From: Octopus sinensis
Taxonomy: Eukaryota
DNA length: 64,000 nucleotides
Direction: 5' to 3'
NCBI RefSeq assembly: GCF_006345805.1
Contig: NC_043002.1
Coordinates: forward strand, 64,294,001-64,358,000
Shown here: positions 1 to 10,843 of the stretch, piece after piece
Position numbering within the stretch: position 1 is the stretch's first letter
Layout of the letters: the number at the start of each line of letters is the position of its first letter
Program-made: the position numbers and the translations under genes
The notes under the pieces: model-generated
Database searches by the model: none
Told to the model about the DNA's origin: nothing
What the model saw: the letters and a program-made list of their open reading frames with translations, nothing else

Positions 1-348
1 AAGTGTTTGTCTCCAATCCTTTCAGACGCGTCCACCAGATACATTCTTTCGCCATAGCCACAAGGATGATGAAAATAGCTCTTCCTTCCGTTTGAAGGAA
101 GGAGGCGTGACAATATTGACGATAGACTCAGCTGATAAACCGACTCGTCCCACCGTGACAGCAGTTGTTCGACATAAGCCCACAGGTCGGAAATTGTTGG
201 ACACTGAACGAGTGCGTGCAGAACGGTTTCGTCGCTCTGACCGCATCTCGGGCAGGTCGGCCCCGTGTTTCTCGAGCCGTGTCTGTAGAGCTTATCCCGA
301 ACGGGTAGCGCTTCTCGGTAGCACTGCCAGGCCAGGGATCTCTGGATT
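1..348 (-). mobile_element. L1/Tx1-type non-LTR retrotransposon ORF2 C-terminal fragment (zinc-binding zf-RVT-like region), frameshifted, runs off window start
   Basis: Manual minus-strand translation from 348: RSLAWQCYREALPVRDKLYRHGSRNTGPTCPRCGQSDETVLHALVQCPTISDLW (CxxC...H...C), then after frameshifts AIFIILVAMAKECIWWTR. Confidence 0.75.
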
Positions 349-423
<75 letters not shown>

Positions 424-426
424 TAG
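349..426. repeat. (GATA)n microsatellite
   Basis: About 19 near-perfect GATA units. Confidence 0.98.
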
Positions 427-638
427 TTCTTAACTACCCACATAGATGGGTCAAACAAGGACAGATAAAGGGATTAAGTCGATTACATAGACCCCAGTTC
501 GAAACTGGTACTTTATTTATCGACCTAGAAAGGATGAAAGGCAAAGTCGACCTCGACGGAATTTGAACTCAGAACGTAACGGCAGACGAAATAAGGATAC
601 GCATTTCGCCCGGCGTGCTAATGTTTCTGCCAGCTCGC
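427..638 (-). mobile_element. tRNA-derived SINE (family starting GGCGGCGAGCTGGCAGAA; 'family 1')
   Basis: Minus strand gcgagctggcagaaacattagcac...gttctgagttcaaattccgtcgaggtcgactttgcc; matches copies at 16.2, 17.9, 28.7, 49.4-50.0 and 56.8 kb. Confidence 0.85.
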
Positions 639-782
639 ACATAGATAGATACATAGATACGCGCTCAAAAATATATATTTGCATATGTATGCGAGTATGT
701 ACGTATACATTTATACGTGTATATGAATGATATGAATGTAAGTATATCCTGTGACATGAAAAAACGAAGATGTTTCTTTTTA

Positions 783-1346
783 TTGGGTTGTCCGGAAAGT
801 TCGTACCGATTTATAGTAGCTTATATTTCGACTTATTTTAGAACATGGTTAAGTCCATAAGATAGGATTTGACCACACTTCCGTTTAGAGCACAGTTTAA
901 AGCTATCTTTCGTGGAGGAAGGTCTATGTTCCAATAACCTGTGTTAATTCTGTAACCCTTTAAAACGGAATAAAAGAAAGTTCATTTTCGTCACTTGATG
1001 TTTGGCAACCAGACAAAAATTGCTGCAGCTTCTATGGGATGTGTTACCCCACCCTCCATTTTCACCAGATATTGCTCCTTCGGATTTCCACTTATTCAGG
1101 TCTCTGCAGTATAGACTTATTGGTAAACATTTCAATTCCTTGGATGACGTAAAAAGATACCTTGCTGAATTGTTTGCCATGAAATCACCCCAATTCTGGG
1201 AAGAGGGTATTTTCAAGTTAGAGGAAAGATGGAGATCCATTGTGCAACAAAATGGTTCATATTTGGTTGCTTAAAAATGTAATGGCACGTATTTATTAAC
1301 ATTTTTTTTCCTTTCAATATCAGCACGAACTTTCCGTACCATCCAA
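783..1346 (+). mobile_element. Internally deleted mariner (DD34D-type) element with TIRs and TA target duplication
   Basis: TIR ttgggttgtccggaaagttcgt versus acgaactttccgtaccatccaa, TA on both sides; ORF 1002-1274 has HPPFSPDIAPSDFHLFRSL and FWEEGIFKLEERW from the transposase C-terminus. Confidence 0.92.
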
Positions 1347-1786
1347 TATAATGTTTGAACAAAGTAATTATTATGACATTACATGTAACGCTCTTACTGC
1401 ATCGTATGCAGTCAAAGCATTCATGTATTATATTTTAATGACAATATATATCTTACGTGTAATTTCGTGTCAATGACACCAGTTAGATTTGGCATTTTAC
1501 GAAATGAGATACTTAAGACATGAAACCCAAAGACAGGCTCAATGACCGCTTGATTTCTAGTAACAGATTGTTTTATCGAAATAGCATTTCAAGAAGACAA
1601 GTCGATCAGGAAATCTAAGCAAGCTATTAAAAGCATGGATTTAAGTATAGGCAAAGCGTCATGGAATTACAAAGATACAAACACACACATACACACACGC
1701 ACACGCACTCGCACACACGCGCACGCACATACACGCACACACACACATATAAATATATATATATGTGTGGGATTGTGTGTGTGTTG

Positions 1787-2143
1787 TGACTCCCTTTGGT
1801 CATGAATAACCATGGGATTGCACTTAGAATGTTACCCTCCAAGGCACAAGTCTGGGCAAGGTTATTTATGGAAGACCAGCAGTCGCCCATGCACACCAGC
1901 CTACTCTCTTCACGCCACCGATGTTATCCAAGGGTAAGTCAAAGGGTGATACGATTTGGCACCAGTGACGTGGCAGCTCATTTATTAACGTATACCCTTA
2001 ACCTAGTTCTCGGGGAGATTCAGCGTGACAAGGCTGGCCCTTTGAAATACGGGTACAATAGAAACAGGAAGAAAGACTGAGAGAAAGTTGTGGTGAAAGG
2101 GTATAGCAGGGTTTACCACCACCCACTACCGGAGCCTTGTGGT
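1787..2143 (-). mobile_element. 5'-truncated SINE (middle plus tail modules), left member of an inverted pair
   Basis: Tail matches SINE 6896-7226; middle module matches SINE 57767-58080. Confidence 0.75.
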
Positions 2144-2147
2144 AAAC

Positions 2148-2400
2148 ACTCCGGCAGGGGATAGTTGTGAACCCTGCTGTACTCTTTCACCACGATTTTC
2201 TCTCTTTCTTCCTGTTTCAGTTGTACCTGTATATGGAAGCGACAGTCTTGTCACATTCTGTGTCACGCTGAATCTCCCCGAGAACTACGTTAGGGGTACA
2301 TGTGTCTGTGGAGTGGTCAGCCACTTGCACGTTAATAAATGAGCTGCGATATCACTGGTGGCTGTATCGGCCCCCGCCTTTCCTTTGGATAACATCGTTG
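2148..2400 (+). mobile_element. 5'-truncated SINE, right member of an inverted pair
   Basis: Its reverse complement aligns with 1918-2134. Confidence 0.75.
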
Positions 2401-2405
2401 GATAT

Positions 2406-2449
<44 letters not shown>

Positions 2450-2450
<1 letters not shown>

Positions 2451-2666
2451 TCTTTTACTCTTTTACTCTTTTACTTGTTTCAGTCATTTGACTGCGGTCA
2501 TGCTAGAGCACCGCCTTTTCTCGAGCAAATCGACCCCGGGACTTATTTTTTGTAAGCCCAGTACTTATTCTATCGGTCTCTTTTGCCGAACCGCTAAGTA
2601 ACGGGGACGTAAACACACCAGCATCGGTGTTCAAAACAATGCTAGGGTGACAACACAGATTCACAA

Positions 2667-2723
<57 letters not shown>

Positions 2724-2897
2724 ATTATATATATGACAGGCTTCTTTCATTTCCGTCTACCAAATCCACTCACAAGGCATTGGTCGGCCCGGGGCTATAG
2801 TAGAAAACACTTGCCCAAGATGCCACGCAGTGCCACTGAACCCGGAACAATGTAGTTGGTTAGCAAGCAACTTACCACACAGCCACTCCTGCGCCTA
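2450..2897 (-). mobile_element. Composite tRNA-derived SINE with internal (TA/TG)n ('family 2')
   Basis: Head ggcgcaggagtggctgtgtggtaag...ccgggttcagtggcactgcg; tail ...gactgaaacaagtaaaagag; further copies at 7.3, 11.9, 22.3 and 23.4 kb. Confidence 0.88.
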
Positions 2898-3118
2898 TAT
2901 TATATATATATATATATATATATCTATTATATATATATATATTAATAATAAATATTAGGGAATAAATCCAAATTACAGGGAAAAAATCAGATTTAGGATT
3001 AAATCGATTTTATAGTAAAATATTATAAAATATTATTCGAGACAAAACCACTATTTTGCAAAACAAACAAGGAAAGACTTAATCATCCATAAATTTTAAT
3101 AAATAGTAAAAAAAACCG

Positions 3119-3161
3119 CCACTACAATCGTTTCTTGTCTTGATCGACAATCTTCAGGTGG
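3119..3161 (-). ncRNA. Minimal type I hammerhead ribozyme, intact core
   Basis: ccac-CUGAAGA-uuguc[gaucaa]gacaa-GAAAC-gauu-GUA-gugg. Confidence 0.8.
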
Positions 3162-3225
3162 ACTTCCAATCTAAAAAATAATTCAGTGTCATAATTTGAC
3201 ACTGATTATTTTTTAGATTGGAAGT

Positions 3226-3267
3226 CCACCTGAAGATTGTCGTCAAGACAAGAAACGATTGTAGTGG
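3226..3267 (+). ncRNA. Minimal type I hammerhead ribozyme, intact core
   Basis: ccac-CUGAAGA-uuguc[gucaa]gacaa-GAAAC-gauu-GUA-gugg; stem I 4 bp, stem II 5 bp. Confidence 0.8.
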
Positions 3268-3369
3268 CGGTTTTTTTGACTATTTATTAAAATGTATGTA
3301 TTGATTAAGTCTTTCGTTGTTTGTTTTGCAAAATAGTGGTTTTGTCTCGAATAATATTTTATATATATA

Positions 3370-3426
<57 letters not shown>

Positions 3427-3474
3427 CGCAGGAGTGGCTGTGTGGTAAGTTGCTTATATATATATATACATATA

Positions 3475-3900
3475 CTAGCAGAGATACCCGGCGTGGCCCG
3501 GTTACATTCAATTGAAGAATTAGACTTTTCTGTTATATCTTCTGTAATGAACTGGAATATCTACGTTTCGAATTTCATCAAAATTGCAGATGGAGGTTAT
3601 TTCCCTCTTTTCACACCCTAAAAAAATTGTAATCGTGCCACATATATCCCATACTACTGATTTTTATGTGCATATTACAAAATTCCAGTCTTATGGGACC
3701 TGTTAAAAAGATTTTGCTCCTGAAAAATGAAGGTCATGGAGCTCTAAAATGTGAGAGTTAAGGCCTCTGTTGGGGGTGTGCATCTTAATGTCTAGCAGAG
3801 AAGTTGAATTGTTGAAAATATTTTAACTTGGGTCTTATATCTATTGTTTGAATTTCTTTGAAATAGGAAATATATGTTCCCTGGGGTTGTAATAGAGAGC
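3475..3900 (-). mobile_element. Helitron-like 3' terminus (5' extent uncertain)
   Basis: Minus strand ccgggccacgccggg hairpin followed by CTAG-T at 3475. Confidence 0.55.
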
Positions 3901-3989
3901 AAAGCTACAGGAAACCAAAAGACGAATGATCATAATAAGCAGTCAGTTACCCTACCCTAGTCGTTACTACTCCCAATGTAGGATTCCTC

Positions 3990-4500
3990 ACCATCCAGGT
4001 GACAGGCACAGCCGTAAGATGCATTACGAATCTATAGCAATTGGAAGGGCGTGACCCAACTGAAATCAACATTAAAAACTGTGTGACGTGAAGGCTAAGG
4101 AGAAATTAAAGTGACAACTATGGAGTTTGCAGATGACCACTATGCTGATACATACCTGGACAGAATAAATTTAAAAACTATAAATGTCTTTGAATAACCA
4201 GTCACTCATCTGGCAAGGCGTTCAAATCAATGTTACGATCTGGTGACTATGTGTGACCGAGTGATAATAAAAAGGTGGAAAGGAAATCTGCAATCAAATT
4301 AATTTGCTCAACACTTTGCAACTGAATCAGTGGAGGCAAAGATGCCTCTCATTTACTTGACAATTTATGCAACACATTGCAGAAATCACAATGTAGGTGT
4401 ATGTCAAAGCAAACTGTTAGACTGTCGTACCATTGAATTAGAAATACTGACCAACTTTTATGCGCGGGTAACCCTACAGTTTCCAAGAGCACAACTATAT
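3990..4500 (+). mobile_element. Highly decayed RTE-like reverse transcriptase fragment
   Basis: Manual reading gives DVKAKEKLK then, in a shifted frame, KVTTMEFADD (YADD-like motif); many stops. Confidence 0.4.
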
Positions 4501-4793
4501 TCGTTTTTGCTTAGATAAAATGACAAAATTGTGCGTGTTAAATCCCCATTGAGGGGGCTTTCAACATTGTAAGAAGATAAAATTTTATAAATATTAGGTC
4601 ATTTGTGTCTAATATCTATGTTTAAAATTTCCTCAACAGCAAAAATATATGAATTTTCATGGGGGTTATGGCCCTTATGCATAGAATATATTTCCAAATT
4701 TCATAAAGATACATTCAGTACTTTTGACCTAGTTTGGTTCACAAAAGAAATTACTAAAATTTGGGAGTTAAGACTCCCATTAGAGTGTTATAT

Positions 4794-4839
<46 letters not shown>

Positions 4840-5151
4840 TATATATATATATATGGAGAGAGAGAGAGAGAGAGAGAGAGATACACACACACATACAAAG
4901 ATAAATTGTTAGATACAACTGAGTGGGCAAACAAAATTATGAGACACAGCCTAGTGCTTTTTTATGTTGATAAGCCTAGTACTTATTCTACTAGTTTGTT
5001 CTTGTGAAACCAATAAGTTATGTGGATGTAAATAAATGAACAGCAGTTGTGAAGCAGTGATGAGGGTGAAACACAAAGACAAAGACACACACATACACCT
5101 ACATATATATACGATTTATTTGTTTCAGCTCCTGTCTACGAAATCCATATA

Positions 5152-6790
5152 TATTGTTGTTGGAATCCTTTTTGTCTCGGGAGGCAATGGAGTTGCGCAT
5201 AAAATAATCTAGTCCAGCTTTTATATTTCATGTCCTAATACATCTCCTGCTGGTCTTGGCACGCAGACGCGAGAAATTAAACAGTTTCCCATCACTCTAC
5301 TGTGCAGAAACAATCCATCATCTGATGTCTCAATGGCATGTGACAGCAGCAGCGAGAAGAAAATGACAAATAATGTAAGAGCAAGGACACGACCTTGCTT
5401 TATACCGATTATTATTTGGAAGCCGGCTGATGTTGAACCATTGTGTTATATGGTGCCTTGCATATCATCATGGAAAGATTTGATGATCCTCAGCAGCTTT
5501 GGTGGACATCCGATTTTTTGGAGCAGGATGAAGAGGCCTTTTCTACTTACCAAGTCAAAGGCCGATCAATGAAGGCCATATATTATGGCATTTTCTGCTA
5601 TCTGGTCATCTCCTGAAGTTGGCGTATGGAGAATATCATATCAATAGTTGATCTTCTTCTTCTAAAGCCACACTGCAATACAAGATAAATTCGAGAAGCA
5701 AGCAGTTGTAGCCTGGACAGGATAATGCGAGCAGAGGCCTTTCCAACAGTGCTTAGAAGAGATATTCCACGGTAATTGTTACAATCAACACGGTCTCCTT
5801 TGTTTTTGTAAAGCGTAATGATGTTTGCATCCCGCATATCCTGAGGCACTGACACAGAAGCTCATGAATGTTCCGAAGCAGGATGCTGTTTTTTCCGGTT
5901 TTGAGGATCTCCAAGGGGATGCCGTCTTTTCCCGGAGCTAGGGAGTCAATAGACTTGGTGAGCTCTGCTATAGATGGCAGAATGTCAAGTTCACACATGA
6001 CTGGCAAGATCTTAACACCCTTGATTGCAGCCTTAACTACCGTGGTCTCTAGTGAGTACAGATCCTGGTAGTACTCTCTCCATGTATCCATTTGCTTGCT
6101 TTGGTCCTTGATGAGATCTCCAGTAGTTGATTTCAGAGGGGCTGACTTTGTTGCGTATGGACTGAGGGCCTTCTTCAAACCGGCATACATCCCATGGGTG
6201 TCACTATTGTCAGGAGCTGACTGCATACTCTGACAGATTTCCTGCCAATACCTATTTGCACAGCGTCTGACAGTCAGTTGGGTTTCATTTCTTGCCTTTC
6301 TGAGTTCTCCAAGTTACTTTGTAGAAGAATCACTTATGTATTGCATCAGAGCTGCACGCTTTGCTTCGATAACTGTTTCCAGCTCTAAGAGCCCAGTACT
6401 GAACAAAATCTGGGTTTTGCCTTTCTCTCATGCCGAAAGTTTCTACTGATGTGGTATACAAAGCTTTCCTGATATAATTCCACCTACTTTCAGCTGAGGG
6501 GGTTGGGCAGCTACTGAGGGCAACCTTGATAGAAACAGCAAAACATTGTCGCAGTGTAGGGTCCGAGGTTCTGCCAGTGTTAATGCGTAGTTGAGCAGAA
6601 TTCAGAAAGGATCTTCGTGTAATGATGTGTTCCAGCTGTTGCCAGTGGTGAGACATTGGATGTCTCCAAGATGCTTTGTGGGATGTCTTCTTGGCAAAGA
6701 ATGTGTTGTTGATGCACAGGTTATGGTATGTGCAAAGTTCAAGTAGTCTCTGACCATTGTCATTCATGTTGCCAATACCAAAACACATAC
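5152..6790 (-). mobile_element. RTE-clade LINE, decayed and internally deleted (endonuclease C-terminus, linker, RT N-terminus, 3' tail)
   Basis: ORFs 6330-6806 (NDNGQRLLELCTYHNLCINNTFF), 5753-6226 and 5598-5855 (DANIITLYKNKGDRVDCNNYRGISLLS...QCGFRRRRSTIDMIF); RTE-like tail with (CAA) near 5155. Confidence 0.92.
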
Positions 6791-6857
6791 ACTTACATAT
6801 ATACATACATATATATATATATACGATTGATTTGGTTCAGTTCCTGTCCACAAAATC

Positions 6858-6895
<38 letters not shown>

Positions 6896-7226
6896 GGCTC
6901 ATGGCTCAGTGGTTAGAGCATCGAGCTTACGATCGTGAGGTTGTGAGCTCGAATCCCGGACCGGGATGCGTGTTGTGTTCTTGAGCAAGGCACTTTATTT
7001 CACGTTGCTCCAGTTCAATCAGCTGTAGAAATGAGTTGCGACGTCACTGGTGCCAAGCTGTATCGACCTTTGTTTTTCCCTTGGATAACACTGGTGGCGT
7101 GGAGAGGGGAGGCTGGTATGCATGGGCTACTGATGGTCTTCCATAAACAACCTTGCCCGGACTTGTGTCTGGGAGGGTAACTTTCTAGGTGCAATCCCAT
7201 GGTCATTCATGACCGAAGGGGGTCTT
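6896..7226 (+). mobile_element. Full-length tRNA-derived SINE ('family 3')
   Basis: A box TGGCTCAGTGG at 6902, B box GCTCGAATCC at 6947, central gtgttcttgagcaaggcact domain. Confidence 0.88.
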
Positions 7227-7324
7227 TTATATATATATATATTATATATCTATATATATTATATATATTATATATATAAAATATATATATATATATATAT
7301 ATGTATGTATACACACACACAAAA

Positions 7325-7693
7325 AGATAAATTGATCGATACAACTGAGTAGGCAAACAAAAATATGAGACACTGTATAGTGATTTTTTTAATATTTTGA
7401 TAAGCCTGGTACTTATTCTATCAGTTTCTTCTTGTAAAACCAGTAAGTTATGGGGATGTAAATAAATGAACACCAGTTGTGAAGCAGTGATGAGGGAGAA
7501 ACACAGACACACGCATAGACTTACATATATTCATACATATACATACAATTGATTTCTTTCAGTTTCTGTCTACAAAATCCACTGACAAGGCTTTGGTTGG
7601 TCTGAAGACACATGCCAAGTTACCACAGTGGGACTGAACTGAGGACCATGTGTTTTGGAACCAAGTTTGTTACCACACAGCCACACCTGCACC
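7325..7693 (-). mobile_element. Family 2 SINE, diverged (partial relative at 4905-5148)
   Basis: Homology to 2450-2897. Confidence 0.75.
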
Positions 7694-7989
7694 TATGTGT
7701 TTAGGGTGGTGGATCGGTGTGTGTATGGGTGTATATATATATATGCATGTATATATATATGTGTGTGTGCGTGTACATATTACATCTACATCTATATATA
7801 CATCTAGACATACATGTTTATATATACGTGTATATCTATAGAAAGACATCTATACATATACAGCTATACATATACATGTATACGTATACATGTATATACA
7901 TACATGTATATATATATATATATTATATATATTATATATATATATATTATATATATTATATATATATATATATATACATCCATATACAT

Positions 7990-8372
7990 ACAATAGAGAG
8001 ATGCTTTTGTTTCACTTTTAACACGTAATACTGAAATAGTGGAGAAGATGTGATATTGCTGTGGGCTCGCCCTAGGCAAGAAGTCAAACATCTTGTTTTT
8101 TGCCCAGACACGACAAGGACCCTAAGTAAGGCATGTGTAAAATTTGAATGAAATTGGTCGTGTAGTTCTCGAGTTTTAGAGATTCATACTGGAGAAGGTA
8201 TAATATTGTTATGGGCTCGCCCTAGGCAAGATGTTAAAAATTTTGTTTGCCCATGACACTCCTTGGACCCTAAGTAAAACATTTGTAAAACTTGAATGGA
8301 ATTCGTTGCGTAGTTCTCAAGTTTTAGGGATTCACACAGACAGACACACATTCGTAATTTTATATATATATA
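7990..8372 (-). mobile_element. Non-autonomous Helitron 5' part with an internal ~145-bp tandem repeat
   Basis: Reverse complement matches the start of 10841-11577 (tatatatataaaa...gaatgtgtgtctg); gggctcgccctaggcaaga unit present twice. Confidence 0.7.
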
Positions 8373-8453
8373 TATTTGTGGATGGTCATGTTGTCAGTTT
8401 AGCCAATAAAAACAACACGCGCACTGTATATTTGGTGTTCAATTGCTTCAACT

Positions 8454-8497
8454 AACCAGAGTTATATCGTCATACTTCTGTGACCTCATCAGTGGTC
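8454..8497 (-). ncRNA. Degenerate type I hammerhead in the PLE 3' region
   Basis: gacca-CUGAUGA-ggucacagaaguaugac-GAUA(not GAAA)-uaacuc-ugguu; stems I and II pair, 3' core mutated. Confidence 0.55.
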
Positions 8498-8860
8498 ATT
8501 TGCTTTTTTCGTTCTTTTTGTGTGTCTTCTTTATTGTGTGCCATTTTTATTCCTATTGTTTGTGTCTTTATTTGCGCATGCGTATACCACTGTGTGTCTA
8601 TGTTTAGTGTGTGGCGAATGTGCCTGTATTATCAATATCTCTTTTTTATTCACGTTCGTTTAATTTGCTTTTGTTCATTTGTTTATATCTAATTTTTTCT
8701 GTTTTTTCTCGTTTTTGAATTTAATTTAATTTAATGAAATATATTTTGTTTATGTATATAATTATTTAAATCCATTTATTTATTTAAGTATTGTATTATG
8801 TTATATTTCAGTTTATAGGGATCTTATTCTGTCATATATTGTGTGTATTGGGGGCGTGTG

Positions 8861-9305
8861 CTAGTCTTCCATTATAGTTTCCTATTCAGGCTAGGTTTAT
8901 CTTCTATTATGTGTGTAACTTCTTAATTTGTCTAAGCTTTGCGTATGTTCTAAGTGTTGACAAGATTTTAACATCTATGTTGTTGAGTGAGTTCCCGTGT
9001 TCCTGCACGGTGTGCTGGTACAGAACTGATGAGATCTTCACTTTCTTAGCTTCCCTCCAATTTCACATGTATTCGCTCAGCTATGCTCCGTGCTGTTTCC
9101 CCTACGTACGTTGTTGTCTTGTTAACTGCACCGTCACTCTGTACATCTTATACTATAGGCTACATTTCTAGCTTTACAGTTTGTTTCTGGGCTGAAGCTA
9201 CACACAGTAAAATTCCTATCAGTACAGGGATTCTGCTAAAAGAATAGGTTCTACCGATTATGGATTTGATAGGGTGGCCTGGCCTTTTTACAACCATAAT
9301 TCTTA

Positions 9306-9310
<5 letters not shown>
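8861..9310 (-). pseudogene. PLE linker plus GIY-YIG endonuclease, frameshifted
   Basis: Manual translation: IMVVKRPGHPIKSIIGRT / QNPCTDRNFTVCSFSPETNCKARNVAYSIRCTE / TYVGETARSIAERIH / SSVLYQHTVQEH / IIEDKPSLNRK*. Confidence 0.85.
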
Positions 9311-9350
<40 letters not shown>

Positions 9351-9353
<3 letters not shown>

Positions 9354-9467
9354 ATATGTACAATTACTCAATAGTCAGGATAACCGAAGAGATGGTGTTG
9401 TGGATTTCCACTTCGGCATCTGAAACTCAGAGTTTTATCTTGACTATTGAGTAATTGTACATATTAT
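9351..9467 (+). ncRNA. Type I hammerhead (U4C variant) closed by a ~33-bp stem I
   Basis: auaauauguacaauuacucaauagucaggauaa-CCGAAGA-gaug...cauc-u-GAAAC-ucaga-GUU-uuaucuugacuauugaguaauuguacauauuau. Confidence 0.65.
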
Positions 9468-9539
9468 TTTATAGATAAATTTCCTCTATTTACATAATAT
9501 TTAGGTCTCATTCTTTCTTTTGTTATCTTACCGTTTTTA

Positions 9540-9574
<35 letters not shown>

Positions 9575-9576
<2 letters not shown>

Positions 9577-10080
9577 GTTAAAAGGCTTCCAAATAAAGAA
9601 GCAAGTGTTAGATACACAAGGAGGGGATAAATTCACGAAATGGAATGAAAATTAAAAACGTTTACCATCTCAGCTATTCCCTTACTGCAGTTTCATCTTC
9701 TTTTTAGCAAATGAATAGACTTCATCTGCCAAGGCCAGACTCATCAACAGAGGGCCTTTATAATCCAAGATGTACATATCGCTAGAAGCACGTCCAAATC
9801 TAGAGATCTGTATACTCTAACTTTTCAGACCAGTGCGCAGACACAAACTATACTCGGCGAACAAAGGGGATGCCGGTAAAAATTTACTATCAAATTTATC
9901 GAGCAATATTTAAAACATAGTAATTAGGGTAATAAAAATAAATTTTTATTACCAGTGACTTAGCACAAAAGACGAATTAGTCATTAGACTATAGGTTATT
10001 CATATATAAATACATTAAAAGTCTTCCAAATAAAGAAGCAAGAGCTAGCTACACAAGGAGGGGATAAATTCATGATATAT
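9575..10080 (-). mobile_element. Non-autonomous PLE-like element with ~60-bp terminal direct repeats
   Basis: ttaaaag(g/t)cttccaaataaagaagcaag...cacaaggaggggataaattca at about 9578 and 10015; homologous to 59255-59595; hammerhead-like motif at 9679-9754. Confidence 0.6.
9679..9754 (-). ncRNA. Degenerate type I hammerhead
   Basis: cccu-cug-UUGAUGA-gucu...agau-GAAAC-ugca-GUA-aggg; C3U change, stem I out of register by 3 nt. Confidence 0.45.
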
Positions 10081-10199
10081 TTCCAAATAAATTCTTTTAT
10101 TCGTACATATATATATATGTGTGTGTGTGTGTATGTGTGTGTGTGTCTGTGTCTGTGTGTGTGTGTCTGTGTGTGTGTTTGTATGTGTGTATGTTTGTG

Positions 10200-10366
10200 T
10201 GTCTGTGTTTGTCCCCCCCCCCAACATCGCTTGACAACCGATGGTGGTGTGTTTACGTTCCCATAACTTAGCAGTTCGACTACAGAGACCGATAGAATAA
10301 GTACTAGCTTACAGAGAATAAGTCCAGGGATCGACTAAAGGCGGAGCTCCAGCATGGCCGCAGTCA
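10200..10366 (+). mobile_element. Family 2 SINE 3' half, interrupted near its end
   Basis: ccaacatcgcttgacaaccgat...cagcatggccgcagtcaaat, then sequence switches to the Hero-type fragment. Confidence 0.8.
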
Positions 10367-10790
10367 AATTAGACCGTTATGAAAACCTCCTCGAGGAATG
10401 TGAAGACGCAGGCTGGAAAGCGGAAAATTTTCCTATCGAAGTCGGATGTAGAGGGTTTGTAGGACACAGCGTGAGACGACTGTTCTTATCGTTAGGCCTA
10501 ACTCATCGTAAAGTCAATACCACCATGACTGATATCCAATCTACAGTGGAGAAGGCTAGCTACTGGATTTGGTTAAAAAGAGACGATGAGCGATGGCTAA
10601 AAGTAAATTGAGTTCTTCATAACCAGCTGATCTAGCAAGCGGAGCCTCATATCAGTGAGGGGGGGGGGGCCGGTGCGCATTGATGCCGTCGAGAGGTAGG
10701 TCCCGAAACGGCGCGCATTCTCTCCTGATGACCCCATACACTTGCTAGCTTCCGATATACGGAGCTTTTAACTGGTAGCACTTGCATGTG
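10367..10790 (+). mobile_element. Hero/NeSL-type (restriction-like endonuclease) non-LTR retrotransposon 3' end
   Basis: ORF tail RYENLLEECEDAGWKAENFPIEVGCRGFVGHS...EKASYWIWLKRDDERW*, followed by a GC-rich 3' UTR. Confidence 0.75.
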
Positions 10791-10804
10791 CAAGTTGTTT
10801 GCAA

Positions 10805-10840
<36 letters not shown>

Positions 10841-10843
<3 letters not shown>

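Larger units (their letters stand above)
3030..3360. repeat. Near-perfect fold-back palindrome of a PLE-like pLTR module, centre about 3194
   Basis: Arms tattattcgagacaaaacc...tcagtgtc and gacactga...ggttttgtctcgaataata around a 5-7 nt loop (ataattt). Confidence 0.95.
8375..9310 (-). mobile_element. Penelope-like element 3' portion (GIY-YIG endonuclease remnant plus 3' UTR/pLTR)
   Basis: Coding remnant 8861-9310, downstream hammerhead-like motif at 8454-8497, bounded by (TA)n on both sides. Confidence 0.85.

Noticed and set aside
6896-6965. tRNA-like sequences at SINE heads as tRNA genes
   Set aside because: No complete cloverleaf or acceptor stem; they continue into SINE bodies.
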